DNA of 64,000 bases. Source: Mizuhopecten yessoensis. Lineage: Eukaryota. Shown in pieces: positions 13,683-27,337 of the stretch. The stretch spans positions 513,537 to 577,536 of the forward strand of contig NW_018408913.1 of assembly GCF_002113885.1 (NCBI RefSeq), given 5' to 3'. The notes below the pieces were generated by a model that saw nothing but the letters and a program-made list of their open reading frames with translations, made no database searches and was not told the DNA's origin. The position numbers were made by a program, and so were the translations under genes. Positions within the stretch are counted from its first letter, which is position 1, and the number at the start of each line of letters is the position of its first letter.

Positions 13683-14326
13683 AGTCTAATGGGTTTGGAA
13701 CGAATTAGATATAATTTTATCATATGCCACCAAAGTTATATAAGTCATATTGTTTAGGAAATTAATATGGAAAAGATCATATGGAAGACACACAAATTAA
13801 GTTCTTTCTAGACATTGTGACGTTACCATGCTCATCTACAAATGTTACATACATCAAGTGTAGGTTGTGATGATTTCCATAGCATATCACCCGGAAAATA
13901 GTTAATGGAAGATCAATAATTTACATTAGTGATTTAATAGTTCACAGCGAAGGTAAAGCTTGTACTTGAAAATGAAATCGTATATTAACCTGTACTATGA
14001 TAGATAATAGAGAAGGAAATATAATAACTCGCACGATGATAGACAAACATTTTGATCAATGAATAGGGAAATATTAAATCGATCGTGAACAGATGTTGGA
14101 GAAACGTGTTGCATATATGCAACTTGAAAACAATGTCAAAAACATTTAACGATCGATTTACAATGCACAACAATGCAGAGGTATGCAACAATTTTTTTGT
14201 GTAAATTACGTTCAATCCAGTAAGCACAAACCATTACCTTCCCGCAATTCTTCCATCAATACATGCATAGAGTGAGACGTAGATGTAAGGATATATGCTT
14301 TGAAAAGAAAACCAGTGTATCCACGC

Positions 14327-14334
14327 TATAAATA
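14327..14334 (+). promoter_or_regulatory. TATA box of galectin B
   Basis: CTATAAATA about 130 bp upstream of the ATG at 14461, followed ~25-30 bp later by an initiator-like TCATAC/CACT tract. Confidence 0.6.
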
Positions 14335-14460
14335 ACCACCCAATCCTATTCATACACACTCCTGTACGCTGTGGAGCACGTCATTAAACTACACTTTGCT
14401 CACCACAAGGTTTGTCGGAAGCCTCTAGATCAACACGTTCCCGTTCAACTCCCCGGCGAC

Positions 14461-17400
14461 ATGTTAATTAAACTACCCGTACACGTAAGTATATGTTGTG
14501 AACTTGGTAAGAATGCGAAACGTTTACTTTCTAAAAGAATGTACATTTTGTTGGTTAATCTTCAAATTCGTCTGCACAGGAATTTCCATCCGCGGCTAAT
14601 GTTGCCTGTCTGTTATAATGCACATTGCCGATGTACGCAGGAGAGGATTGATCAGTTTAGATAAACCTGCATGTAAGTATGCAGTTTCTGCATCAGTGTA
14701 TTCATAAACATATGGTATCGGGCATCATCTAAATACACGTATATTATAGCGGTTATGCTAGTAACACAAGACTGTAGTATTGCTTCATCGATATTGATAC
14801 TTATGTTTTGGTGAATGATTTGATTAACTGTTGCAGGACCTAGGAGGAGATGTGTTAGCCATTCCTAATGGCCTCCAGCCAGGCAAAGTGGTCACAGTCA
14901 TCGGCAAGTGTACAGGGGATAAATGGTAGGTGTTATATGTAAATTTTGTGTTTACATTGTCTTGTATGAATAGACTTCAACACTGTGGTGACCTGTAAGA
15001 CATGTTCCGGTCTATAGGCTGCTAACAGAGTAATAATACACTGCTGTCGCCATTATCAATTACCTCATTTTACATAACCACTTAAACCGGACAATATGTC
15101 GCTCAAAACCGTCGCCGAGACACTGGATAATTGTATGTTTCTTTAATTGACAAATATTTTCTGTCTAAAAATGCAGAGAACTGTGTTTCTAATCTTAATG
15201 TCAGTGATATAATAATGCAATTTTTATAGTTCCCAAATCGTGAAAATAAAAAAAACTCCTTTTAAAGTCCATGACAGAGTTCAAAGCATCATCGGCTTAA
15301 CGAAAGTAAACATAACATTTTAAACTGAAATATTCATACTAAGTTCACGCGTTTACAAAAACATCTTTCTGCTATTTTATAGACTCGTTAAGCTAACCAG
15401 ACTTTGACCAACAGGCCTTAGTCAGAATGCAAATTGCAACAAAACAAACAGGATGCATCTTTCCTATAATGTAATTACCGGTGTCACGTCGATCAAAGTC
15501 ACGTGTAAGCCACTCCTTAAATGTATCCCCGATACACCATCACTTATATCTTACTGCTTTGTCTATTACGTGTGGAGGAAAGTAAAGTGCAATGGCATTC
15601 ATGTTATCATAAAACAATATCGATATTGTACTGATCATAACAATGTATATGAATTAATATGTTCTTTGTTTTTAATTCAGAAATAATTCTCTACGTTTGA
15701 TACCCGATCACTTTCTGCTTTTGTCTGTTCTTAACGAAACTGTGTGTCGATTTTCTCTTGTACGTTAACGCCGTGTTATATTTTACCTTTGTGTTATAAC
15801 GTTGTGAAAAACAAACTTCCTTGAGTTTTTAATGTGACGGAATATTTTCCGTCATCTTGTTTTGTGTCGACGCAGTGGTATATCTTGTTTTGTGTCGACG
15901 CACTGGTATATTTTGTTTTGTGGCGACGCAGTGGTATATCTTGTTTTGTGTCGACGCAGTGGTATATCTTGTTTTGTGTCGACGAAGTGGTATATCTTGT
16001 TTTGTGTTGGCGCTATGGTATATCCTGTTTTGTGTCGACGCAGTGGTATATCTTGTTTTGTGTCAACGCAGTGGTATATCTTGTTTTGTGTCGACGCAGT
16101 GGTATGTCTTGTTTTGTGTCGACGCAGTGGTATATTTTCCTTTCGTGTTAGCGCTACGGTATATCTTGTTTTGTGTCGACGCAGTGGTATATCTTGTTTT
16201 GTGTTGGCGCTACGTTATATCTTGTTTTGTGTTGGCGCTACGTTATATCTTGTTTTGTGTTGGCGCTACGGTATATCTTGTTTTGTGTCGACGCATTGGT
16301 ATATCTTGCTCAAGTATCTTCTTGGCTATTATTCTGTACGTTTGCATATGCAATGTAAATACGTGTATTTGTTTACACTTTTGTTCAGTTTCTTGTCTTT
16401 TTTTCCTCATTTCGTTAGTTTCTTCGTCTATTGACACACAGATGTAGCTGTCACACGACATACGTGTTTATTACAAAATTCGGTTATTTGTTTTTAAACG
16501 CTAGTAGTTGACGACAACATGCGGTTAAAACAATAAATTCGTAATGCCATGTGTTGTTTCGAGTAATTATTCAGCGGTGATAACTTCATTAGATTATTTG
16601 AAATAGGAAGGACATGTATTGTGGTAGATATTGAAGACACGAATGAGTGTGAATTGTTTCACTCTTAACTTTACATCGAGCATGTTGAGGTTTTGAAGAT
16701 CTGTACATGTAATCATTTTCCTGAAATCAAGTTGTGATCAAACCGAACAACTTTAGTCTGAGCGATTTGAAGTTGTTACTTAAGCCTTTTTGTAACCCTT
16801 CAAACAAGGATGAATAGACATAATCGAAGTGGCATTGGATGAGAGCAGAGCAGAAAGTTTTTTCTGGTTCTATGGGAAAGGCAAAAATGTTGATCTCTGA
16901 TTAACTTCCTTGATAATATGGTTTACTGTTAGTTCACCTGATACAAATCCATCTGATAGTACACCGAGGTATTTTACTCATGGCTGGAATTCAATCTTGT
17001 TGCCATGACAGGACACTGAGAACAAATGTTCTGGTAGGTTTCTTAATTTTTTGTTTGGCGTCGAAAAGGATACTTTCAGTTTTTCAACAAGCCAATCATG
17101 CAAAGATTCTTACACTTTTGATTTTGAGAGATGACAAGGGGATTTTTTTGTGAAAATAATATTGCACTATCGTCTGCACAACAGTGGTCCGCATATCATT
17201 GATATATACAAAAACAATTGTAAGAGTCCCTATAAGCTACCCGTGTGTATGCAACACAGTACGTCACCATTCTCAGAGATAACATTGTAAGCATTGACAA
17301 GTTGATATATATTTTCTAGATAAGAGATAAACCATGGAATTGAGTTAACGCCTATTGTAAAATCATACATTTTCTTGGGACATTAAATTTGAAATATAAT

Positions 17401-20400
17401 GTCCTTGAAACCGGCTAGTATATATAAACCACGAAATTTTGACCCCACAAAAATAAACAATTCTACAGTATAGTTTTTATTTTTTTCACATAGAATGCTT
17501 TTGTGAACGGTATCAAAGGCCTTCTGAAAGTCCAATAAAACAATTCTGGTGTATAGTCCTTTAGCTGTTTGAGACTTTATGTTAAGGATGTACTCTTCTG
17601 AGGTTTCAATCACGTTCAAGTCTCGTTTTGATCTGGTGTAACGGGTTTTTGTAATATTTAACAAATTATGATCAAGTTTATTAGCAAACACGCATCTGAA
17701 AAATATGTCAAAAAAAATACCAATTCGACGGCCATTTTGAAAATGTGTACTAATGTGTATTTCTTGGGCTTCAAAAAAGGCAAAAAATTCACCTTTTTTG
17801 ATACTAGATTGATCACTTAAGTTGTCATTGTGTCGCCATTTTTAATTATAGCAGGTTCAATTTTGCTGTACAATTTTATAATGTTTAATATGATAAAAAT
17901 AATAGTCAACAAACTGGAATATTATACATTATTGATATGTTTTTTACATATTTAGTGGGGAGCACTTTTGATTTTTGACCCCGAAAAAGGTAAAAAATAA
18001 CACAAATGATAATGGGACAAAAAAAGAAGCACACCGACCCCCCACTTTTGTGGATGTTTTCGAAAGAGAAACACATTTTCTTTTAATTCATTAAATATTA
18101 AAAAAGGTTTAATACCAGAACTTTTTATATCAAGTGTTCAATCTGCAAAAAAGGGTAAAAAATTAGTATTTTTTCATTAAAAAATAGGGGGTAGGGGTAA
18201 CTAAAATCGGCTTTCTGAGTTAAAAGAATAAGATTAAGAAATTTTACTTACATAATTTAAAAGAAAATAATATTTTTGTCAATTCTACAAACATTCATAC
18301 ATATCTGATAACACACTTGGAAGAAATTGTATGAATTTGTTCCGCAAATGGTCAAAACCCAAAAAATCACCTAAAATCACATGTTGTGTTAAATTGGTAT
18401 CTTTGAGCGATCATAGCACAAAAACGAACACACCGACATATAGTTTTTTTTGCATTTTCTACTATGCCATTTACTCCTTTTTCCAAAAATGTATATAAGA
18501 AAAAAAGTTTAATACAGGAAATTTTTGACTTCTCAGAGGTGTACATCCTTAACTAGATGAAACCTCTGAAACCTGACTGTAGTTCGTATAGCAAATTATT
18601 AGCTTTCAAAAAAGTTTCAAACTGCTTGTAAACATTTTTTTTCTAGAATTTTAGATACTTAACTAAGTATACTGACGAAAAGATCCTTTTTAAATATTTG
18701 TTTTACTTTTGTCAATTTTATATCGTCTGGTACCTTACCCTCTGAGATTGGCCTATTAATCAAAAAGGTATGAAAGAAGCAGCATCGTTTGCACAATACT
18801 TGAAAACGATTTCTTCCGAGACATGATTTAGGTGTAACTTTGGTTGATTGGGATTTCTTCTAAGATCAAATGCCTTTACCGACTTAGAACTGGGTCCCCT
18901 GAAAACTGACCATGATTCATTGAGATCATTTGGATGGAGACATTTCTTCCATCAATTAGTCTAGAGAGATTTGTTTTAGTTGCCCTTATCCTAATATTGT
19001 TGTGTTGATTAAAAAGTTGCAAGGTGATTTTCTGTTGCAATATGTTAGGAAATGGTCGCTAAGATCAAGAAGCAAAACTCCTGATTGACAGATATTTTCT
19101 TTGGGATTTACATAGGATATGATCAATAAGGGAACTGGAAGTGTACGTTATTCATGTAGCTGCAGATATTAATTGTTCTAGGCAAACTAATTTTGAATTG
19201 CTGTTATATAAATTAAACACTGGACTCTTCTGGTAAAGGAAACAGATATTGAAATCATCTACTATCATTACTTCACAATCGGATCTTAGATTTAGTAAGT
19301 ATTTTTTCCAACTGTTATTTTAACTGACGTTTTCTCATTTCAGGTTTACGATAAACTTTCAGAACCAGGACGGCGGTAACATAGCACTTCACTTTAACCC
19401 TCGTCCAGACAATGGCGTTGTGGTCAGGAACTCGTTCAGCGATGGTGCTTGGGCAAACGAAGAACGGGATCAACCAAGCTATCCGTTCACTAGCAACGTC
19501 GATTTTACCGTCACATTCGTTGTGACGAACGAATGCTTTAAAATACTCGTGAACGGAGACAAATTTTGTAATTTCAATCACCGCCTATCTCATGGTGAAG
19601 GTAGTCATTTAAAGTTAGGCGGGGCGGATTTCCACGAGGTCCATGTTTTAGATAGATATGTAAGTAATGAAATAACATTAACAAATATATTCATGGTACT
19701 ACTACAACACATCGAACGGTACAAATTGTAGCAATTCCATATACTTTATATTATACTTTGCATATACTATACACTAAATTTAATATAATATGTACTATAC
19801 ATACTTGAACTATGTCATACATAAATTGGTAATATTTTGCTATATTTGCTATATTTGCTTTATACAATATATTTGTTATTCTTTACTATTTACCATATAC
19901 CAGACTGAATATGTTATACACACGCTCGATTTACTTTACTATATTTACTTTATCATATGCATTCCGTATGCTTTATACACTATACAGAATGCTATACTTA
20001 TACTTTATTTACTCTTCTATATAATCATATGATTTCAGTTGTCCAGTTGGATTATCCGCTAAAATTTCATGAAACATCTATAATATCAAATGGATAAGTT
20101 GTATTCATATATTTTTTACATATGTTTAAACACGCTGGTATTTTTTTCTTTCTTGTTTATGTTGCTTATGATTTTTTTTAAGTTTCCTGTCTCTTGATAT
20201 CGCTGCTGTATTTATCACCAACTGTTACCACCCTTTCAGACCAATGGACATAACACACCACTCCACGGCGGACTGAAGGACGGAAAAGCCATAAGAGTTC
20301 TCGGCGCATGCCAAGACGACTCCGGGTAAATTGTCACTTTATTAAACAAGTTATACGGTCATTGTTATTTCCATACTTCCTGAATTTTCCATCTAGTACA

Positions 20401-23400
20401 AAATTGAAGCCAAATGAAATACACAATAGGTTTATTTGAGCAACTGTCTGGATAAATATTCTTTATGAGTTATTCTTACTAAACTAAACGCATTTAAACG
20501 TGTTTCTATTTATTTAGATTTAGTCTCAACTTCATGAGTGGAAGTGATTTCGCCTTCCATTTCAACCCCCGTCCTGCAGAGGGAACTGTCGTGAGAAATA
20601 GCATGTTGGGCGGGGGATGGGGTGAGGAAGAAAGAGAATGCGACGGTTTCCCCTTTGAAACTGGTGCCATTTTTGACGCCATGTTTCTCTGCAGCGGTGA
20701 CGAATTTACGGTAAAGCTATTGAATCTGAAGTTATTCACTGATGAATCATTATCATTTAAATGTACGTATCATTTTTTAAGTAATAACATTTTTGCTGCA
20801 GGTTTTCGTGAACAACAAAGAGTACCTGACCTTTGCTCACAGGTGTGACTGTTCTACAGTCACTGATTTCCAGGTGCATGGGAAGATTGACGTCAAGATG
20901 GTCCAATGTCTCACAACAATGGTAAAGCAATGATGCGAAAATCACACAAGACTAAACTGTATAGTACATTTTTATACTCTTAACACAATCAACTTCAAAC
21001 ATGTTTATTTTGTGGTTTAGTGTAAAAGTATTTTTTCGAATGCAATGGAGTTTTCATTTAAACGTATCAAAGAATCCACGAAACAGAACCAAATCACATC
21101 GGCACATTATATTTATGATAGACTTCATGTTATTACGCGTAATAAATCACCTTCAATACATCAACTGTTATAAGACGATTTAAGCACTATGTAACTTTCT
21201 GTATCTTGGATAAAATGCTCATTAACGTTATGGTATTGTGTGAACTACAAAATAAAACTGTCTCAGCTTTAATAGAAAAGTTGTGTACTTTATTTTCCAG
21301 TAAAGACAAGGTAACAGTATACAGTAGAGGGTTGTGGCCATGGGTGATATTTTTGTTAAATGGCTAACCCCTGTATAATGATATGTAAAAAAAATTTAAA
21401 AATAAAACTGTACTAAAATTGGTATAAGCATGATGAAGTGGGCTATGTGAGCTTCACATTTGTAAAAAAAGTTTTTGGTTCGAGATCAAAATTTTGGCCA
21501 TAATTCCAAATGGTGCCTACACATGAAATGCTGCAACCAAGTAGGTAATCTTTAATTTCAGACAGAACTTAGGAAAAAAAAAACTAGTTGCGGGGGTCAA
21601 ATTTTGGGTCAAAAAAAGCAATTTTGGTATTTTTTGGTAATTTTTGATGTGGTAACCATGGTTTTCACACAAGTGACATGTATAGAAAAAAGAGGTTTAT
21701 ACACTTCTTAGTACTTTATACGTATTGTAAATGTAAGTTTACAAATATATATGCATGTATACATGTGTTGTATAGGGTAAATCCGCTGTGTTAACAATTT
21801 CTCGACATGTGCCTTGTTTATCAGAGTCTGGCCATTTCTACTGTATTCTGCTACCCCAGGCCACAGTTCATAAAACATCTTGACGATAAGATAATTTTCT
21901 TAATTAAAATTTCCACATACAGAAAAACTGTTTTGTTAGCTGGAAAACTCAACTTGAGCTTAAGGAATGTTCGTATATCTTAAACAAATGTATTCAGGCT
22001 GAGGAACGCTTGTTAAAACGGGTCCCGATGAATATAATGACGCTGTTTTCATTTTAGGATGATGGGTATGTAAAACCGTTACCATTCGAACTTGGCCACA
22101 AAGAACAGCTAGTCTTCCGAGGCTTCATGAAGAAAGGTGGAAACAGGTTCGTCAGAAATATTATATATATAGTAAACCATATATATATATATATTCGATT
22201 TGTTTGGCTCATGATACTAAATAAGGCATTATCATCTAACATATATCCTGCTTTTAGACTTTGTCGATCTGTCTATGTTTCTTTGTTTGGCTTTAGTTTT
22301 CAATAGAACTGAATGTTATAAACATATGTTACAACAGTGTATTATTATTGGATTATTGGTATTCAGATGTATCTCTGAAACAATGCACCATATGTCACTG
22401 TATTTACATTTTTGAATAAACCTACAATAGCTTAAGAAGTATATAATTATCAGGCTGACGTATAACGATGTATAACCAACTTTCAATAAATGCAATCAAT
22501 AAAAAACAATACGTAGATAAGTGCTATAATAATAATGGAAAACAGTTTCAGACTGAGTTTGGGTCAATAATAAGTGACTTCATTTAGTTTAACATCCTTC
22601 ACCCTCCGTGTTATATATGTGGCTTGCTTGATTTATAGAAAAGGTGTTATGCATGGCTGTGAGTGCATATATGTGGAAGCAATGTAAACCTAATAGGAAA
22701 CAAGAGTAGACTGGTCCTTACCACACAGAACATCGTGTGCCAATTGTTAACTTCCAGCCATTGTCCTAACCACACAAAACACCGTGTACCAATGGTAAAC
22801 TTACCACACAAAACACCGTGTACCAATGGTTAAATTACCACACAAAACACAGTGTACCAATGGTTAACTTAACACACAAAACACCGTGTACCAATGGTTA
22901 ACTTACCACACAAAACACCGTGTACCAATGTTTAATTTACCACACAAAACACTGTGTACCAATGGTTAACTTACCACACAAAACACCGTGTACCAATGGT
23001 TAACTTCCAGCCAAGGGATTCACTTTTACAGCATCAAACCAAAACATGCATGTGATGTATCCTTCAAAAAAGCAAGAACCCTTTTTCAATAAAAATGTGT
23101 CCACCATGTTAACTCTAAGGACAGTATAAACATCGTTTTTTACGGATCATTTTGATAACACCATAACTCGATAAGATTATTATAATCGATAGTTGTTTTA
23201 TTAATGTAAAAACCTTAAGATGTGGCTTTCATACTACATACATGGGCACTGATTACATCAATTTATCTTGATCTCCAGGTTTGCAGTTAACTTTTTCGAA
23301 GGCTCTGACACCGACTCTGACATTGCTTTTCACCTGAACCCCCGAGTCGACCAAGATGAGGTCGTAATGAACACGAGAACAGGGGGCGGATGGGGAACTG

Positions 23401-25976
23401 AAGAGAGGATTCCTTTACCCTCGGTGTTCGGAACCAATGATGTGTTTGAACTTAAAATCATCTCAAAGAAGAAAAAGTTCAAGGTAAATCAACATGAAGT
23501 ATACTTATCGCACGAATCGTGAAATATTAGCGCACGTTGATACCTGAAACAAATTATGAACATTCGTGAAATGCTTTTTTGACGGAATTCAAGAATGGCT
23601 TAAGATGCGAGAATTTCTTTATTCATAGGTTGTTCTGGATGGAGAGACGTTGTGTAAATATCGATGCCGAGGTGAAATGAATGAAGTAAAGGGCATCGGC
23701 ATATCGAATGGTGACAGTGTGCTCTACATGGTGGATGGACGACGCAGATTGGTACTTAGTGGATGGCGTCATTAAATTATCATTATTATCATTTATTTAA
23801 ACACACAATCTGGTTAGAAGAAACACACATGCTCCATCAAAATATCATATGTTGATAGAGATATTATTTTAATGCGTTCTACTATGGAAAAGTGTATAAA
23901 TTGCAACTTTTATCATGAAAAAAAAACAAAAATCAATTACCGGTATATCAAATATCTGAGTTGCATAAAGTCATGAAAAACGGTTTAAAACGAAAGAAAC
24001 AGATATTGAATTATGTAAATATATGTCATGAGCTTTTCATATTTTGGTTCGCATAACCCTAATTCATGTTCTTTTAAAGGGGAGCCGGGAGCACGTCGTC
24101 CTTTCTGATCCTCTCGTAGAGGATAGCTGGGTTGTGGTTCGAGGGAAAATAAAGAAAAACGGCAACGGGTATGAACATTCTATATTTCGTACTTTTTGTC
24201 TACCTTTTAATGTATACAGTTACATGAACCCAGATAATTAGTATAGCAATAGATTGGTCCCGCCCGCCCGCTTACTTTATCTACTGACTACATTTTGGTC
24301 CCTTATGTCCACTGATAATATTTCGGTCCCCTACATCTGTTAGGCTATATGAACGTCAATACGTCGATTTCTTGTGCATTATTCTAAACCTATTTTACCG
24401 GACACGCTTGAGAGTGATTTAAGTATGATTTCCCGGAGTCATCGTTCAATTGACATGGACTTGACAAGGTCCTTATCAAAAGTGGATCATTTGCAGTTAA
24501 ATATCAGATGTTTCCATTTAATCACGTCGTGGGCCGTCCATGTTCAGTTAATGAAAATAGCGAGTAAATTTGGTTTAAACTATTTTTGTTTAATACAAAA
24601 CACACAAGCAAACTTGATGAGGAAAAAAGTACTTGGTACATATATAAATCCTTCCCATCTTTCTAACAAACTAGTGGCCTTATAATAGATTACTACCATT
24701 GATAACACTAAAGGTACATATAAACAAATGAAGAAGAGTAGATTTAAACGTCATAACATATTTTCTCCCCTTTTCTACTTCTCTTGTCGATATTGATAAC
24801 TTCTACCGGTATACTGGCTACATCCGTCGTCGACGCATTACTTAATGGTATGAAAAACATACCAAGTTTATGTTTCACATTTTTTGTGTTTTACCTCTGT
24901 TCGTGTCCTAGTTGTTCTGTATGGCGTTTTAGAGGTGAAAAGCATCAATTTGCATTTTGATAGGTATATTTCACATTCCATAAATATCTATTTCCCCCCG
25001 CAGAATCGCCGTGAATTTCCTGGTAGGAGATGCCGCCGATGGAGACATCGCCTTCCACTTCAACCCCCGTATTAGCGAGGGCTGTACTGTGCGCAATGCA
25101 TGCATAGGTGGGGGCTGGCAAGACGAGGAGAGAGACCAGCCTGATTTCCCATTTAAACAGAGACAGGAGTTTGAAATCACATTTCAGATAAAGCAAGACA
25201 AATTTTCGGTAAGTTGGGTTTTCCGAAATTGTTTCCTTTCTATTAAAATTTCTGGCAAAACTCGTTATCAGAAGTTAGCCGACCTCGTTGGTTGGCATGC
25301 GTTGGGGTGAAGACGCGTAAAAGGACCTAAGACGAATACCAACAATATTAAAATTGTCACACAAACAATTCAAAAACTGCTTATTCACTATCCCTGTCCT
25401 TGGCAATCGAGCACACTTTTGAGATCACTTAAATGCCATCTATTGAATATCTGTATAGCGGTACACTTATCAGCATACCGGGGGGAGGGGGGGGGGGGGG
25501 GGGGGGGGATATCAAATATAATTAAGGTTTCTTTTCACTCAACAAAAAAAATAAAGGGTCTTTCCAACAATTGTCAGACAGATGAAGATCATATAAAAGA
25601 AGGTTGAACTGATTGTGCTCTATTAAGCTCTGGAAATCAGCTTGATGTGGTATTGAAGTGGTATTTACATGCATATCGCATTGTTATTTTTCAGTGTTAT
25701 ACAGTTCAAAAGTTGTTTTGCATACTACAAGTATATCGAAAGTATTTATTGTTCTTGTCAAAAATAAGAAATACATTTAATAGATTTTCTATTGTTCATT
25801 AACTTCGATAGAAATCATTCTAATGCGTATAATGCTAAATGCCATCAACTATTTTGTTACAGACTTTTGTCAACGGAGAACCATACATAGATTTCAACCA
25901 TCGTGTCGGTTTGGACCAGATTGGAGCAGTACAACTGACGGGAGACGGCAATTTCTTTGCACCTGAGGTTTTGTAG
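14461..25976 (+). CDS. Quadruple-CRD galectin B (complete, 550 aa). Exons: 14461-14484, 14837-14925, 19344-19659, 20240-20325, 20518-20710, 20802-20921, 22058-22146, 23279-23483, 23629-23751, 24080-24168, 25004-25208, 25863-25976
   Basis: Twelve GT-AG exons join in frame (1653 nt) from MLIKLPVH to FFAPEVL*. Four CRDs: HFNPR..VRNS..WANEER, HFNPR..VRNS..WGEEER, HLNPR..VMNT..WGTEER, HFNPR..VRNA..WQDEER. Intron positions and phases are the same as in galectin A. Confidence 0.92.
15855..16308 (+). repeat. 28-bp minisatellite, ~16 units (TCTTGTTTTGTGTCGACGCAGTGGTATA, variant ...GTTGGCGCTACGGTATA)
   Basis: Constant 28-bp period; nearly stop-free on the + strand, which produces the ORFs in all three frames at 15834-16447. 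Confidence 0.95.
16480..19300 (-). mobile_element. Decayed non-LTR retrotransposon (CR1/L2-group LINE) ORF2 in galectin B intron 2, split by a DNA-transposon insertion
   Basis: Minus-strand RT motif remnants in the expected order: VSKILEK..VYKQFETFLKANNLLYELQSGFR (~18560-18680), IVLLDFQKAFDTV (~17510-17550), ADDSAI (~17165), GKTESILF, VKYLGV, SALIQCHFDY (~16820). Many stops and frameshifts. Confidence 0.8.
17586..18548. mobile_element. Non-autonomous TTAA-flanked DNA transposon, Kolobok-like
   Basis: TTAA|GGATGTACTCTTCTGAG at 17582 and CTCAGAGGTGTACATCC|TTAA ending 18552: an imperfect 17-bp TIR with a TTAA TSD. 5'-GG termini fit Kolobok rather than piggyBac (5'-CC). The LINE reading resumes on both sides. 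Confidence 0.75.
21322..21843. mobile_element. Putative Tc1/mariner-type MITE
   Basis: TA|CAGTAGA..TGGCCA at the left and TGGCCA..TCTACTG|TA at the right (TA TSD, CAGT termini); the TIR is short and imperfect. Confidence 0.45.
22718..23008 (+). repeat. 34-bp minisatellite, ~7-8 units (TTACCACACAAAACACCGTGTACCAATGGTTAAC)
   Basis: Units at 22801, 22835, 22869, 22903 and onward. Confidence 0.92.
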
Positions 25977-27337
25977 AACTACGGTGGTCATATGAACGTT
26001 GATGTAGATTACTCCAACTGCTTGTGCTAACAAATGTGCATTTCACCTCGCTTCTATTGTATACAGTCAGCGATAGCAATCACAAAAAACAGTCAAGTGT
26101 GTTAGTTTTTTTATTTTCTTTTATATATGCTCTTTTTTTATGAAAACAGTTTTCTTAATTACCATAATTTGTTCAGTCTGAGTTCTCGTTCTAAATAATG
26201 TAAAAATGTAAAAAAAAAATGAGTCCTACATTTGTGGTGGAGTCGGGTAGATCGGGTCTCGAACATTCGGAAATTCACTTACTGAATACTAAGTTTAATC
26301 GGAAAACAATTCACTTTTTATATGTGACTGTATGGACTTGGTAAAGCTGTTTTACTATACAAAATATTTTTATCAAATAACGTGTTCTAATGCTTCTGTA
26401 CGAGTCACTAGGAAATACCCAGTATCCCGGCTAAAGGAAGACATTCTATTATAATCTTGTCGTTCCAAGTATGACATCACATCAGGTCGGATATTACACC
26501 AGTATTTCAGTTACAGGAAGTATTCATATGGTGATTGAGCCATGTAAAGGTGTCTATATTTTTTATTAATAAAATATTAATATCCTTAAACGTTTCGTTT
26601 CTTTTATGTAAATATGTTAGTCAGAAGTCTGGCCTTTGTTATGTCCACGCCTTTTATAACTATATTTCACTCGATCTACTGTGAAAATAATAAAAAAAAA
26701 CTTATTTAGATGTTAAAAAATAGCTAGTCGGCTGAGTCATGAAAATAAAAGAATAGCACTATATTCCAAACACCAATGACCTAATCAGCAAACTTCGGGG
26801 ACTTACAAACGAATTACACTGCACCATACAGCTGTTTCGGCCATCTAAGAAATACAGGCGACATCTTGTTTTGTCATGAAATACCTAAAATATCATCATC
26901 AGAGTGACATATTTATATGAATATTTAATGTTCCGTATTTTTGTCTCATGGCCTTTTTGTTTAATTATGATATTGACTCATATATATCAAATTATCAATC
27001 GTATAACGTTTTTAGTTTAAACATATCTTATTGTACAAATACACTAATGGATTCGACAACAAGTTATTACAACTTATTAAAGTCCTCTCCTAAACACATA
27101 TGGTAAATACAGTGTATATGTTTTTGGGGAACGGGAGGAGGATAGGGTGGAGAAGGAAGGTTGTGGAGGTGGGGGTGAGGGGTTACCCAGAAAAGAAATC
27201 GTGTTAACTGTGAAAAGGATCCGCATTTGAATAAATGATAAATTATACAAAATTGCATGACATGTAGCCTGGTATAAATTTTATAATGAACAAGATCAAT
27301 GTAACAAAGATATCAGGCAAAATAATGAAATGCAATT

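Noticed and set aside
15834-16447. Hydrophobic Cys-rich ORFs up to 196 aa
   Set aside because: Stop-poor 28-bp repeat read in three frames inside an intron.
17383-17691. 102-aa ORF as an intact gene
   Set aside because: Chimera of the Kolobok-like terminus and a LINE RT fragment.
19740-20032. Tyr/Ile-rich 80-aa ORF
   Set aside because: Low-complexity TA-rich intronic tract.
1661-23008. 28-40 bp periodic arrays as possible CRISPR arrays
   Set aside because: Units are head-to-tail with no unique spacers, there are no cas genes, and the context is eukaryotic.
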